Shown here in pieces: positions 1-13,473 of a stretch of DNA of 64,000 nt (positions are counted from its first letter, which is position 1; the number at the start of each line of letters is the position of its first letter). The translations under genes and the position numbers were made by a program. Under the pieces are notes generated by a model. It did no database searches. It saw nothing but the letters and a program-made list of their open reading frames with translations, and was not told the origin of the DNA. This DNA comes from Octopus vulgaris (taxonomy: Eukaryota), in assembly GCA_951406725.2 (NCBI GenBank), contig OX597820.1, forward strand, positions 65,906,001 to 65,970,000. The letters run 5' to 3'.

Positions 1-57
<57 letters not shown>

Positions 58-1040
58 ATCCCTATACAAGTGCGCGCCTGTGTGTGTGTGTCTGTGTGCG
101 ATAGAAAGAGAGACATCGATGTGTATACGGATGTATATGTGTATGTGTGCATGAGGGAGTAAATGACTCCTTGTAATCATTTTTATTTATCGGTCGGGAA
201 ATCAAGCAAAACAGGTGAGAAAGGTTTGGCAAGCAGTAAAGCAACAATATTTGGACAGCCACCAGAGATAGTGCCACGATTAAGAATGTACATCTTATTA
301 TGTCCAACAACGGGAAACATCAAATCTATCTTTGTTGTTTTTATTCCTTTCAATGACCCTGTTTACACCACACTATATATATATATATGTCTCTCTCTTA
401 TCGTTTTATTTTATCTAATTTTTTTTTATTTGCAACTCATAAACGTGTTGGCGGCGTCTGACTAGATTTGAAAATAATAGGATGTGTCTCGGCAACATGG
501 CTACATGGCAGTCACAGAGAATAGAGCAGGTTCTACACCAGTGCCAGGCCGACACACGGTTCTTAATATTTGCCATTGCATTCTATAAAATGGTAATCAA
601 TGTAGATCCGGCAATGTAATGAGGAATAACTAACAAAACAAACAAGCAAACAAACAAACAAAAAAAAAAACAGGAGGCACAGAAATAGTTAATGGGGGGA
701 AATGATATGTTTTTAGAAAGATCATGTGTGTGATTGTGACCTTATGTACACGCGTGCTTGTGTGTGTGTGTGTACTTAAGTATGTATATCTTTATATTTT
801 TATTGTTACTGTTTTTCGTCGGAGGGAGTCGGTCTCTAACAAAAAAAAACGAAAGTTCCATCACTGGAATTTGATTAAAAACAACGATAATTCTTGTACC
901 TCAAAGTGTTGCCTAGTTTTTCCTATTCCTCTTAAAGATTGCTTCTGTGAAGTTCGTGTTAGCCACAAACACACACGCACATATACGTATCGATAGACAG
1001 GCAGACACACAGACGATTGACTGACGGGCAGGTAGGCAAT

Positions 1041-1042
<2 letters not shown>

Positions 1043-1100
<58 letters not shown>

Positions 1101-1101
1101 C

Positions 1102-1136
<35 letters not shown>
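1043..1136. repeat. (GATA)n microsatellite; representative of similar arrays at ~16630-16780, 41015-41132 and 57835-58057
   Basis: Direct tetranucleotide repeat; source of the YLSI-repeat ORFs in the track. Confidence 0.97.
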
Positions 1137-1137
<1 letters not shown>

Positions 1138-1429
1138 TCATCTGAGGATTGCAAATGGGGAAAAAAGACTTGGTAGCCCCCAAATTCATTTATTTGTTAG
1201 AAACTGATGATGTACATTGTAGCAGCTACTTCCTACTCCTCGCTATTGCGCATGCGGTCAGTACTTTGAGAAAAAAATCAGATTTCAAGCATATTAAATA
1301 TCAAATTTTATACAGATATGAAAATTAATATTCATATTTTAATTTTTATTAATATTAATATTTTAATATTTTAATCTTATTACTTGTAAAAATAAAATAA
1401 ATAGTAAAAATTAAATGAAAAGTAAAATA

Positions 1430-1796
1430 AAACAAGAGCACTTAGAGAGCGCAAACCTTCGCCAAGGCTACACTAACGTCCTCTCAACGATTAGCCGGAG
1501 ATGATTTTTAAAATGAGAATATTTGAAATGAACTCGAATGCTTTCAGAAACGAGAATACTGAAAATTAACACGACCGCTCTCAAAATTAAAAAAAAAAAA
1601 AAAAACAGGAAAAATAATCCAGAATCCTTGTCCAGTACCCGATCGACCCCAAAATCTAATCCTTTTGCACCAGTCACAAGGCCAAACATCACAGAAAGTT
1701 TCATCCGAATCCATCCGGCGGTTCTTGTACATGGACAAACAAGCAAACAAACATGACTGGAAACAATACCTCCACCTTCGCTAAGGCGGACGTAAT
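1430..1796 (+). mobile_element. Non-autonomous Helentron/DINE-1-like element (HINE-type)
   Basis: Starts aacaagagcacttagagagcgcaa. Subterminal motif ACCTTCGCC at 1455-1463 recurs inverted near the other end. Terminal hairpin TACCTCCACCTT-cgct-AAGGCGGACGTA at 1767-1794, short (CAAA)n before it, A-rich flank. Confidence 0.65.
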
Positions 1797-1829
1797 GAAT
1801 AAATCACTGTGATTCTTTCATCAGTCACA

Positions 1830-2040
1830 CGCACATGGCCTAGTGGTTAATGTGTTGCGATCGCAAGGTCATGGTTTCAATATCTAGACCGGGTGGTGTA
1901 TTGCTTTCTTGAGCAAAACACTTCATCTCAAGTTACATGGTACATCGTGCACCGGTTCAGTCAACGTCTATTTGTTAGAAGGAGTGAAATAATATGCAGC
2001 ACATACCATTGATCACTATAAATAAATCATTTGGGCAGGT
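1830..2040 (+). mobile_element. Degenerate tRNA-derived SINE (head related to family C)
   Basis: A-box TGGCCTAGTGG, degenerate B-box GGTTTCAAT, then ttcttgagcaaaacactt. Confidence 0.6.
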
Positions 2041-2219
2041 CGTATGCCTCCCCCACCCTTCCAAAAGAGGCTGCTCGCTCATACGTCGTTGTCTTCGACG
2101 AGAGGGCCCATCATTAGTCAGATATATAAAAAAATATAGTGAATATGTGCGTACTTAGGACATACAGGATCGTGAGCCTGTTTTGTGCTATTTGTAGCAT
2201 TATTATTATACTTGTCATT

Positions 2220-2505
2220 AAGGCAGCGAACTGGTAGAATCGATAGCAAGCCGAACGAGATGCATAGCGGTATTTCGTCTGTCTTTACGTTCTGAGATCA
2301 AATTCCGCCGAGATCGACTTTCCCTTTCGAGGTCGATAAATTAAGTACCAGTTGCATACTGAGGTTGATCTAAATGACTGGTCCCCTCCTCGAAAATTTC
2401 AGGCCTTGTGCCTAAAGTAAGAAATTTTTTACTGCTTCTCACTGAGGCAGCGAGCTGGCAGAATCGTTAGCACGCCGGCGAAATGCTTAGTGTTATTTCA
2501 TCTGT
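2220..2505 (+). mobile_element. SINE family A, one copy plus a second head fragment
   Basis: Matches the recurrent unit aaggcggcgagctggcagaa...gttctgagttcaaattccgccgaggtcgactttgcctttcatcc...taagtaccag. Confidence 0.85.
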
Positions 2506-2945
2506 ATTAAATATATATTCATGCACTCACATACAAACATGTATATGCACACATGCGTGCGCGTACATATTTGAAAGTGTGTGTATGTGTGCACCAACAT
2601 ATACACAAGCATGTAATTACTATACAGCTACACAAGAGAAAAGGAATGTCTGGTTAATCGTTAAACGTATATAATGTGCGCATTTTCTTATATAACAAAA
2701 TTACCTGTTTATACAAATATGCTTATTTGTACTTATATGCAAATTCGATGAATACACGATCTTTGATATAATGAATATTGATGATATCAAATAACGGTTG
2801 TCGCCGATTTCATATATACAAGTTTCTGAATAGATTATGTACAACGTGGGAGAAGCACATTTCACAGTGTTTTATGTTTTATCTTTCAGTTAGGACTGGA
2901 TACTTAATATATAATAGTGATGGATACTTAATATATAATAGTGCA

Positions 2946-3490
2946 TAAGGCGGCGAGCTGGCAGAAACGTTAGCACGCCGGGCGAAGTGCGTAGCCGTAT
3001 TTCGTCTGCCGTTACGTTCTGAGTTCAAATTCCGCCGAGGTCGATTTGCCTTTCATCCTTTCGGGGTCGATAAATTAAGTATCAGTTACGCACTAGGGTC
3101 AATATAATCGACTTAATCCGTTTGTCTGTCCTTGTTTGTCCTCTCTGTGTATAGCCCCTTGTGGGTAGTAAAGAAATAGGTATTTCATCTGCCGTTACGT
3201 TCTGAGTTCAAATTCCGCCATGGTCGACTTGGCCTTTCATCCTTACGGGTCGATAAATTAAGTACCAGTTATGCACTGGAGTCGATGTAATCGACTTGAT
3301 CCGATTGTCGGTAAAGAAATAGGTATTTCATCTGTCTTTACGTTCTGAGTTCAAATTCCGCCGAGGTTGACTTTGCCTTTCATCCTTTCAGGGTCGATAA
3401 ATTAAGTACCAGTTACGTACTGGGGTCATCTAATCGACTGGTCCCCTCCACCAAAATTTCGGGCCTTGTACCTAGAGTAAAATAGAATAT
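2946..3490 (+). mobile_element. SINE family A tandem array (one head, three bodies); central domain resembles the Deu/Nin SINE domain
   Basis: A-box-like AGCTGGCAGAA, B-box GAGTTCAAATTCC, core ggtcgactttgcctttcatcctttcggggtcgataaattaagtaccag repeated three times, two alternative tails. Confidence 0.9.
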
Positions 3491-3569
3491 AGTCTTCTAC
3501 TATAGCTCCGGGCCGATCAATGCCTTGAGAGTAAATTTGGTAGACAGTAACTATGTGGAAGTCACTATC

Positions 3570-3995
3570 TTTTACTTTTTCCAATCATTTATTTGCGGCC
3601 ATGCTGGAGTACCATCTTGGAGAGTTTTAATCGAGCAAATTGAAACTAGAACATTCTTTTAAAGTCTGGTACTTATTCTATCGTTTTCTTTTTGCCGAAC
3701 CGCTTGGCTACAGAGACATAAAAACACCAACACCAGTTGTCAAGCAGTAGTGGGGGGGGGGGTAAACACAAGCATAAAGACACACACACACAGACACACA
3801 CACATATATTTATATATAGATATATAATAATATATATATACTACGGGCTTCTTTCAGTTTCCGTCTACCAAATCCGCTCACAAGGCTTTGGTCGGCCCAA
3901 GGGTATAGTAGAAGGCAACTGCCAAAGGTGTTAAGCAGTGGGACTGAAACTGGAACCATGCAATTGGGAAGCAAGCTTCTTACCACACAGCCACA
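3570..3995 (-). mobile_element. SINE family B (tRNA head, CORE-like motif, internal microsatellite)
   Basis: Reverse complement of the family-B unit seen full length at 60133-60545. Confidence 0.85.
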
Positions 3996-5369
3996 ACTTG
4001 TGTGAATGAATGTATGTATATGAATGTGCGTGTGTAATGTGTATGTACGTTTGTAAGTATGTATTTACGTAACTATGAATGTGTACATCTATGTATGTAT
4101 GCATATATATTTCTATGTATATTTCTATGTATTTGCTCTTGCATTCGCCCCACCACTGCATGCCAGCCGGTTTCGATTTGTTTAATGACCCCTATAAAAT
4201 AGCGGTTCAGCAAAGTGACCGATAGAATAAATAGCAAATTTATAAAGATATATATACTGGGGTTTATTTGGTCTATTAAACAGTTCACTGGGCCGCAGTC
4301 GAATGACGGAAACAGAGAACAGTAAGAGATAAATGTAAGATTAACATAAATATCTTACGTTTATATATTAACCGCATATGTAAAGGGACTGGATCCTTTT
4401 TATACACTAAACACGAATGCCCTACATTCATCTATTAACCCCGTTACTTCAGCCGTTTGACCTTCTAATTCTAGTCCTTTATATAGACTAAATTGTTTTG
4501 ATCTGGTACTTAGGGGGTTATCGATCTCTATTTCCATAACTGTATTCATTCATTTATTTAATCATTCATTCGCTCTTTCTATTTTATTTCTTTCTTATTT
4601 GGCCTCTTTTCTTCTTTCTTTCTTCCTTTCTTTCATTCTCTATCTTTTTCTCTCTGTCTCTCTTTCTTTTTTCTCCCCTGTATTCTTACCTTCCTTCCTA
4701 ATTTCTTTCAATCCCCTGTCTCTCATTACTTGCCCTCTAGCTTCCGTTTTGTCTATTTTTCTATCTTTATCTCTTCCATATATTCTTTCATCTTTCTCTT
4801 CCGTCTTCTTTTCTTCATCTTTCCTTTAAATTCTTTCTGACATCTTTCATTCCTTCCTTCCTTCCTTCCTTCCGTCTCTACTTTCTTCTCTTCTTTCGTT
4901 ATTTGTTTCTGTTACTCTAGCTCCTTTCCTTCTTTCCTTCTTCCATTCTTTCTTTCTAATTTCATGTTGGAAATTCTAAGAACACGCCAGACCAGCCAGA
5001 GATCTCGACAATACAGACGTGTGAATAAGATTTAATTACAGAGGTGATGGTGGATTCTAAAGGCAAGATTGTGAACTCCTCAGACGAAGAAGAAAAGAAA
5101 GAAAAATGACTACGATAAGCACCACTTCTGACTTCCAACCTCACTTCCGACTTGCACCTCAGAATTGAGCAAAACGCGTTCAGCAACAAAGATACTTCTC
5201 TACAGATATATATATATATATATATATATACTTACACAGACAGAAACAAGCAACCACTAAGCACTAAACACACATGCATACACACACAAACACAAACACA
5301 CATACGCACGAACCAATTAAGGAGATCCTACGTGGACGCAAAAAACAGCTAGAAATAATAGCTAAATTA

Positions 5370-5650
5370 TTGCCGTGCATAATGCTCTGAGGTAAAGAAT
5401 AAAATAAATTGTGCGCTGTTGTAGAAATTACTTGCCCGACAGACTTTGGCATAATGTTAGATAACACCAACAAAAAGAAAGCTTCTATGGTAAGCTAATG
5501 AGAAATCTACAAATACTACTGCCAGACACTGGCTTTAGATTTATATTCAAATTTATTTGGACGTTCGGTTATATAACGAACTTCTTCAACACAAGTCTTG
5601 AGAAGCCAGGCTCCACGAAACAAGCAAATATATGACTAATTAGAACGTCG
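5370..5650 (+). mobile_element. Degenerate restriction-like endonuclease (RLE) fragment of an R4-type non-LTR retrotransposon
   Basis: Reads ...NKLCAVVEITCPTD... with stops and frameshifts; visibly homologous to 31520-31750. Confidence 0.6.
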
Positions 5651-5780
5651 CAATTCCAAGCGAGTAACGTTACTGTATAATGTGCAAAACATTCCTGAGA
5701 TTCTGGCTGCAGAAGGTACACATTGGTAAATGGTTCTCCGTCAGTTTCAACGACGCATAGTATTTCAGTTGTTCGATGAT

Positions 5781-5848
<68 letters not shown>

Positions 5849-5857
5849 TATGATGAT

Positions 5858-5899
<42 letters not shown>

Positions 5900-6290
5900 T
5901 CAGTTGTTTGACATTAGCGAGTTGAGCATGTCCCTTAGTGGCTGATGATATGTGCACATCTGACGAGCATAAGTGGGGGAGCATCAGAGCCATGTGTTGG
6001 GCTTCTTACATCATACTTAAATAAACCTTATTCAGGGACCTTTTGAGTAGGATGAGCCACTAGACCTGAAGAGAAGAAAATTCTAACTAGGCCCCACCAG
6101 CAAGACCATGCGCTGTTTATCATGATATGAGATCACCATGTCATGCCCATATGGTTGTGATGCATTTGCCTTGTGTACCCTTATCAGACGGGTAGTCATG
6201 ATGAGTTTATTGTGCTTCATATGTTTGTACCCCAGTGTCACTTTGATGGCATGCACTTCTCTTTCACTCAATAATAATAATAATAATAAT
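5900..6290 (+). mobile_element. Interspersed repeat with (AAT)n tail, probable SINE or LINE 3' end
   Basis: Ends ggcatgcacttctctttcactc(aat)n; the same terminus recurs at ~25884-25925. Confidence 0.5.
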
Positions 6291-6910
6291 ATTGCTGATT
6301 GAAACTGAAAAGATATGGCATCTCAAGACGGTTAGAATACCAGTGATTGTAGGAGCACTTAGAATGATCAAAAAAGGGAACAGAAAATTATTTGAGGATG
6401 ATCCCTGGCTTACCATCCGTGCGGGAAGTGCAAAAAATTGTCAACTGGTACGTCACACGTATTGAGAAGATTGTCGCTGTGATTTTCCTTTCCTTTCCCC
6501 TTTATTTTCTTATATTCTTTTTTCCCTTCTGTACGCAGTTTTTCTTCCCTTTTTTCCTATCACATTTTCTTTCAATTTTGTTTCCCTTTCTTGCTGAGTG
6601 TCTTCCCAACACCTAGGGCAAAGAAACTCACTGTATACATTATTACGCCATTAAATTAAGCATACCAGATTGTTCATTTACAAAGTCATGTGATAAAAAA
6701 AGGGAAGAAAAACAGAGAAAAGAAGGAAGAAAAAATGGAGAAAGAAAACCAAGAAATAAGTGGAGGAGGAAAAAAATTCACAGTGACAATGCTCTTATCA
6801 ATACGTGTGACGTACCAAGTAAGGCAATTATTTGCACTTCTTGCGTGGGTGTTAAGCCAGGGGGTCATCCTAAAATAATTTTCCCTTCCCTTTATGATCA
6901 TTCCAAGTTC
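6291..6910. mobile_element. Two converging 3' fragments of an R4/Dong-like RLE retrotransposon (+ 6291-6630, - 6690-6910)
   Basis: + strand reads LLIETEKIWHLKTVRIPVIVGALRMIKKG...EVQKI (RLE C-terminus, IPVIVGALG-like motif). The minus copy shares tggtacgtcacacgtattga and the pyrimidine-rich UTR. Confidence 0.65.
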
Positions 6911-8346
6911 TCAAAATCCTTTTTATTGCAAGAAGACCGCAGTTTACTGTATCCGGATACAAATGATCACATTTAAAAACTATTAAGACTTTAATATATA
7001 CAATCTTCCGTGAATATTTAACCTTTCCTTTCTCCCTGACTATTCGAACATGTAAACATTCCTTTTTATTGGAAGAACACTATTAAACGCCTCCGGCTAT
7101 CTAAATTAAGCAGTTGTAAATTAAGTGACTTTCTGTGAGTACATAATCTTTTAATATCTCCTAGTGTCTCGAAAACGCAAACATCCCTCTCTCATATCCA
7201 GGAAAATTTGTAGCTTCTCCAATCTCTTTCCAGAACTGGTAAAATATGTAAGATTCAAGCAATTGCCATTATTTACAAACTGCACAATTACAAAAGTTGT
7301 AAATTGCAACAAAATTTGTTAAAAGAAATTCATATACATTATAGTGAGGTAGGACGATTTATGGAATTACCCTGGTTTCTCGCTCATAAGGGGTTTAGCC
7401 TTACAGCGTATCTTCAAACCCCCAAAACACCTGGCCTGAGAGCTCTTTCAAATATGGAGTGGGGTTGGGAAAGCCTCGTTTTTAAGGATAAAACCCTATG
7501 TAATCATCTCCCTTTCCCATTGTCCATCGATCTTCGGCCGCACTGCCATCTTGCGGTCACCAAAGCACCACAAAGGCAAACGATTGTCTCCCTTCGACGA
7601 CGACGAGGTGGAGGTAGAGTAGATGCGGAGGAGGAGGTGAGATAGGGGCAGAGGAAGAGGAGGCAAGATAGAGGCAGAGGCGGAGGGGCTGGGGTAGAGG
7701 CCGAAGAAGAGCGGGTAGAGGTGGAGGAGAAATATAAATAAATGGATGGATGGAAGAATTTGTAGGTTGTCGACTAACATATCTTGGCTGCATCTCTTTA
7801 CGTTCTGAATTCAAATTCTCTCCAGATGTACTTTGCGATTCTCGGATCAATAAAGTATCGGTTAAGTAGTCGATCGATTTAATCGATTATACATCCCCAT
7901 CCTACTCCCACCCTCCACACACCAAATATTTGGCACTATGTCTATATTACAGATCCTTATCACTGTCCTTCATCCTTCATGCCATCGCAAACACATTGAA
8001 CAGATTAAAGAAACAGATTTATTTCCATATCACTAAATAAAAAGAATCAAAGACTGCCATAATGGTTTCAGACAAAGGCACAACGCCAAATATTTTAAGA
8101 GAGGTGGAAAATCGATTTAATCGAACCACTATTTGATTGGCGCTTTATTTAGCCACCCCAAAATCGTGACTAGCAAAGTAAATCTCGGAAGAACTTGCTC
8201 TCAGAACCTCGATTGATATAATCAAATATCTCGAGACATTCCAGCTGAGACTCTACTAATTCTTCAATCTGTTTGAGGTTTTGGGTTGTATTTGTTGGTA
8301 GCTTGACTATTTTCTATGCCCGAAGAGGACAAGGTTTTGTGATGTA

Positions 8347-8912
8347 TTGGGTTATCCGGAAAGTTCATGCCGGATTTTAAAGGAAAGAAAACGGTCAATA
8401 AATACTTGCCATTATAATATTAATCAACCAAATATGAACCATTTTGTTGCACAATGCGTCTCCATCTTTCCTTTAACATGAAGATAACCTCTTCCCAGAA
8501 TTGAGGTGGCTTCATGGCAAAGAATTCATCAAGGTATCCTTCTACGTCATCCAAGGAATTGAACTCTTTACCATTAAGACTATTCTGCAGAGACCTGAAT
8601 AAGTGGAAATCCGAAGGAGCAATATCTGGTGAATATGGAGGGTGGTGTAACACATCCCACCCGAGCAGTAGCAATTTTTGTTTGGTTCCCAAAGCATCAA
8701 GTGCCGAAAATGAACTTTCTTATCTTTCATTTTAAAGGGTTACAGAATTAACACAGGTGACAGGAACATAAGCCTTCTTCCACGAAAAGATAGCATAAAC
8801 TGTGCTCTAAATGGAGGTGTAGTCAAATCCTATTTTATGAACTCAACTATGTTGTAAAATAAGTCGAAAGGTATGCTACAATAAATCGGCACGAACTTTC
8901 CGGATAAACCAA
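8347..8912 (-). mobile_element. Internally deleted mariner transposon with both TIRs and TA duplication
   Basis: TIRs ttgggttatccggaaagttcatgccg and cggcacgaactttccggataaaccaa, TA on both sides. C-terminal HPPYSPDIAPSDFHLFRSLQN motif (ORF 8420-8692) joined to N-terminal MKDKKVHFRHLML (ATG at 8730). Confidence 0.95.
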
Positions 8913-9086
8913 TAGTTTTGGCTGCGTTGAGAATGAGGGGTATGAGTTGGTTAGGACATGGCCTAGCATTTGGAGCGACCTTGAGGTCCCTTCAAGTAAA
9001 CCGACCGCTGAAGGGATACTTCACTGGGATTTTGGCATCACATTGTCATCACAGCAGCCGATGCTATTGCTGCTATTGCAGCTGCG

Positions 9087-9087
9087 G

Positions 9088-9138
<51 letters not shown>

Positions 9139-9420
9139 CGACGACGATGATGATCGTCGTGATCATCGTGATGGCGATGAAAATGGCCTTGGTGGTAGTG
9201 GTAGTAGTGGTGTTGATATGATGAGGAGAAGGAGAAAGGAGATAATGGTAGATAGATATTAACTAGTTCCGTCCCCTTTGGGTGAAGAGGAACTAAACCT
9301 GGTGAGTTTGTGCCAGAAAGAGTTTCTCATTTCACACATCAGTTGAGAGGGAAGGCATCGATCCGACATACGCACAGACATCGCTGGCAAACATTCACAT
9401 TGACATCAACTAAAGAAATA

Positions 9421-9454
<34 letters not shown>

Positions 9455-9485
9455 GTGTAGTAGTAGTTGTTGTTGTTGTTGTAGC

Positions 9486-9534
<49 letters not shown>

Positions 9535-9542
9535 ATAGTAAG

Positions 9543-9595
<53 letters not shown>

Positions 9596-9735
9596 CAGCT
9601 GCAACAGCAATAGTAGCGGAGGTGGTGATACTGGTGCTGGTGATGTCGGTGGTGGTGGTGGTGGTGGTAGTGGTGGTGGTGGTGATGCTGGCAGAGGTGC
9701 TGCTGGTGGTGCTGGTGGTGCTGGTTGTAGTAACG
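9087..9735. repeat. Compound trinucleotide region (GAT)n, (CTA)n, (GTA)n, (GCA)n, (GGT)n
   Basis: Direct inspection; explains the poly-D/V/T/L ORFs. Confidence 0.9.
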
Positions 9736-10545
9736 GCAGATAGAAGCCGTGTCTTGAGTCCTGCAGGGCAGGAAGAGCAGTTTTCTGCTGCAAGAGAGAA
9801 AGGGGTTTGTTCCTCCTCTGCTCTGCCAAGGCAGCAAGCAGTGAGATCGATTCCATTTAACACAGTTTTATAGATTCGATTGGCAGAGAGCATAAAAGGG
9901 GTAGGTGGTGCTACCGAGGTCGGTCTGAGGTGTGGTGAGGTCGGGTTACGGTTTGGTACTGAACTCGTATTTCCACGTATGGGAGATTGGTTGGTAAGGC
10001 TGGTTGGTTAGTGGGCTTTTGTGATATTGCAAGGTTGGATGTATCGAGACGGTGTTGCTGGTCGATTATCGATTCCTTGGTTTGTTTGTTTGATTGTTTT
10101 TTTTTTTCTTTGTGTTTTGTATTTTTTCTTGGGAAGTAGAAGGAAGCTAACCGCCATGTTTGCACCTCACATTGCATCCGTACCTGCACTCATATACCTT
10201 ATCCATATACACATGCGCCCTCTCTTTCTCTCCCTCTCTCACTCTATCTATCTTTCTCCCCCCCCCTCTCTCTCTCTCTCCTGACCTCAAAATATTTGGA
10301 AATCGTAAAAACCTAATAATTACGTTGATTTTCGAAATTGCATCACGGCATAAATTACCGCAAATACACTCGGACTCACACGCACAAACACACACATGCA
10401 TATACATACATATACACATACATTTGTGTGTGTGCGTGTGTATGTGTGTATGTGTTTATGTGTGTGCGTGCGCGTGCGTGTATGAATTTGTGCATAAGAC
10501 GGCGGGCGGTGTCTATGTGTGTGCATGTATATATATAAGTGCATG

Positions 10546-10601
<56 letters not shown>

Positions 10602-12430
10602 CATACATACATGCATACATACATACATGCACTTATATATACACCTACACACACATACACACATTTTAGTTTAAAGTCAACAGTACATTGGTGATTAAAC
10701 GCTAATTATCGGCATTTATTAAATGATCCTTGTTTAAACAGGAAAATTTTAAATTAGCCTAATGCAATTATTGACAGTATCAATACTGCCACCAAAATAA
10801 ACGTTACCTAATTTAAGAATATTTAATGCATATATTTTTTTTTCCCAATGAAATGCAATTTGTGCATCGACGGTAAAGAAGAATGCAATAACGTGACACT
10901 ACTTCTTTGTCGGTTAACCGAAATTCCTCGTAAGAGAAACTCGTCTACGCGACATTGATTTATACGATTGATAATCAGATTATCAGTAATTTTTTCCCCA
11001 TTATTTATCTTTATAATCATACAATTTACTCTATTTCCTTTGTTTTAGAGATTTCTATCGGTTTTAAATCCAAGTATTTTGCTAGCAACTGCGGTACATT
11101 TCCTTTCGTTTATCACCGATCTTTTCGTCACAGATCTGGGATAACACGGTTCGCACTATTTTTATTACAGTGAAAAGTCCATAACAGTGGTTCCTTTTTC
11201 ATCGTCTTACCCCACAAGACTTTCCAGGGTATTACCGTGGCCCCTATAATATATAATTTTGTAATGGTCTTCGAAAGCAAAGTGCCATGGGTCTCATAGA
11301 TCAGGAGCGAGGCACATAGTCATGATAGCGCTATCAGCTGAAATACATGACACTGTAATACAATACTTTGGAAGGAGGCTTTTTTACCATACACCCAGCG
11401 GCTCTTAACCTGGGGTCATTTGCGAATTCTCGCGGTGGAGGTGAGGGTCATGGAGGGTTTGGGAGAAAATTATTTATTTCCTGTATTTGAGGTATAGCAT
11501 TGCAGCTGCATTACTGTATTGCAGTGTCGTGCATTGCAGCTTTTAGTGGTAACATGACTATGTGCATTGTTCCTGCTCTGTGACACCCATAGCACTTTGC
11601 GTTCGTCGAACGGGAACGTGAAACTCTGAGAAACAGCTTTTGTGATGTCTTTGATAAGGCATATTACTCTACCTCCGGTATTCGAGTACTATTTTTTTCA
11701 CCTTGTCTCACGTTTATGTGCTTACTCTTGATATTGTCCCGAAACGGATCAAAGGATCTCGTTACATTTAAACAGAATCTGGAAAAATTTCCTCAAGGAA
11801 TACTAGATAAGTCACCTATACCTGGATACAGGCAGAAATTGAATTCACCTCAATGGACGTCATTGATTGGTTGAAATGCAAGAAATTAAAAAACAAATAG
11901 CTTACAAACTACAGAATTTTCTCAAGAAAGCCCAGAGAAAAAGATGTTTTATAAACACATTCTACCAGTATACAAAGTTTAAAAGTGTTTAGTTACAAAG
12001 AAATTATTTTAAAAAATCTGCCGGTCAAAGCGAAAAGATCCGGTTGATGTAATCGTCTTGATCCCTTACTTGAAAATGCTGGCCTTATGACAAAATTTGA
12101 AGTAACTACGCTCTTTGAAAATATTTTCTTAAATTAAGTGACGTTCATTACTATAGTTTTATTAATGCAGTCAGTAATTGCAATATGCTAATTAAATTTT
12201 ATTAATTTATTTAATCATTTCTTTTGCTAAATTATTTACGTCAACTAAAAAGAGTAAAAAAGCTAAAATAGTAAACAAGACAAAGCTGTTTTATAGGTTG
12301 AATCGCAGTTAAATAAACACAAGTAATTAACATTTATTTATCACTTTAAACTAATGAACAATCATGTATATACATACGTTTAAACACACATATATACATA
12401 TTTATATGTAGACACATATATATACACATT

Positions 12431-12493
<63 letters not shown>

Positions 12494-12526
12494 GTGTGTG
12501 TGTGTATATATATATATATGTATATA

Positions 12527-12576
<50 letters not shown>

Positions 12577-13473
12577 GTATATATGTATATATATATATAT
12601 GTATATATATATATACATTTAAATATATGTTTGTGCGTAGGTATATATGTACCTATGTATGTAAGGCGGTGCCCCAGCATCGTCACAATCTAATGACTGT
12701 AACATGTAAAAGATATATTTGTGTGTGTCTGTCTGTTTATCCGTCTGTCTTTCTCTGTGTGTATGTGTTTGTGTATACTTTGTTTTATACTTACATAGAC
12801 ACGTAAATAAAATATTTAATTTGAAATTAGATTCAATAGAACACATTATTCATTTACATATCTTCAATAAATATATGTTACAAGGAAAAAATTATACTAT
12901 TTATCTATCAATTACAATATTACTGTCATTCAATGATAATGGATCGCGAAATTTTCGCTTTAGCTATATATATCTTCATTATACAACTTAAGTATTCGAA
13001 TCATTCAAATAACATCAAACTCTTCATTTCCATTTTTATTTTTTCCTTCAAAACATTACTTATTTTCACCAACGATTTAGTTGCAATTATTTCCTCATTT
13101 GTCACTTATTCTTCGATTGACTAAATCTTACTAAAATTGCCTGGAAAATTATGGAACCAAACATGCAGATTACTGATATATTTAGTTTGTATGGAAATAT
13201 CAATTTTAATTTTATAAACTTTACAACAAACCAATAAAAACTGTAATGATTATTTCTATTATTGAATTTGTTGTATTCCGTTTGCTATAGAAATTGCATT
13301 GTTGTTATAATTTACGTAAATATTTCTTAAGTGAATATTTGGATAATAACCTTTTTTTAATGTATAGCTTTTGACATTAGAATAGTTATAAGACAGGACT
13401 TACGTCGAGAGATAGATTACAGGATATTAGGATATATCGATGACAGACAGATGGTTAATATATTTTGTTACGC

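Noticed and set aside
9310-9893. 148-187 aa overlapping ORFs on both strands
   Set aside because: Open only because trinucleotide repeats lack stops; no domain signal.
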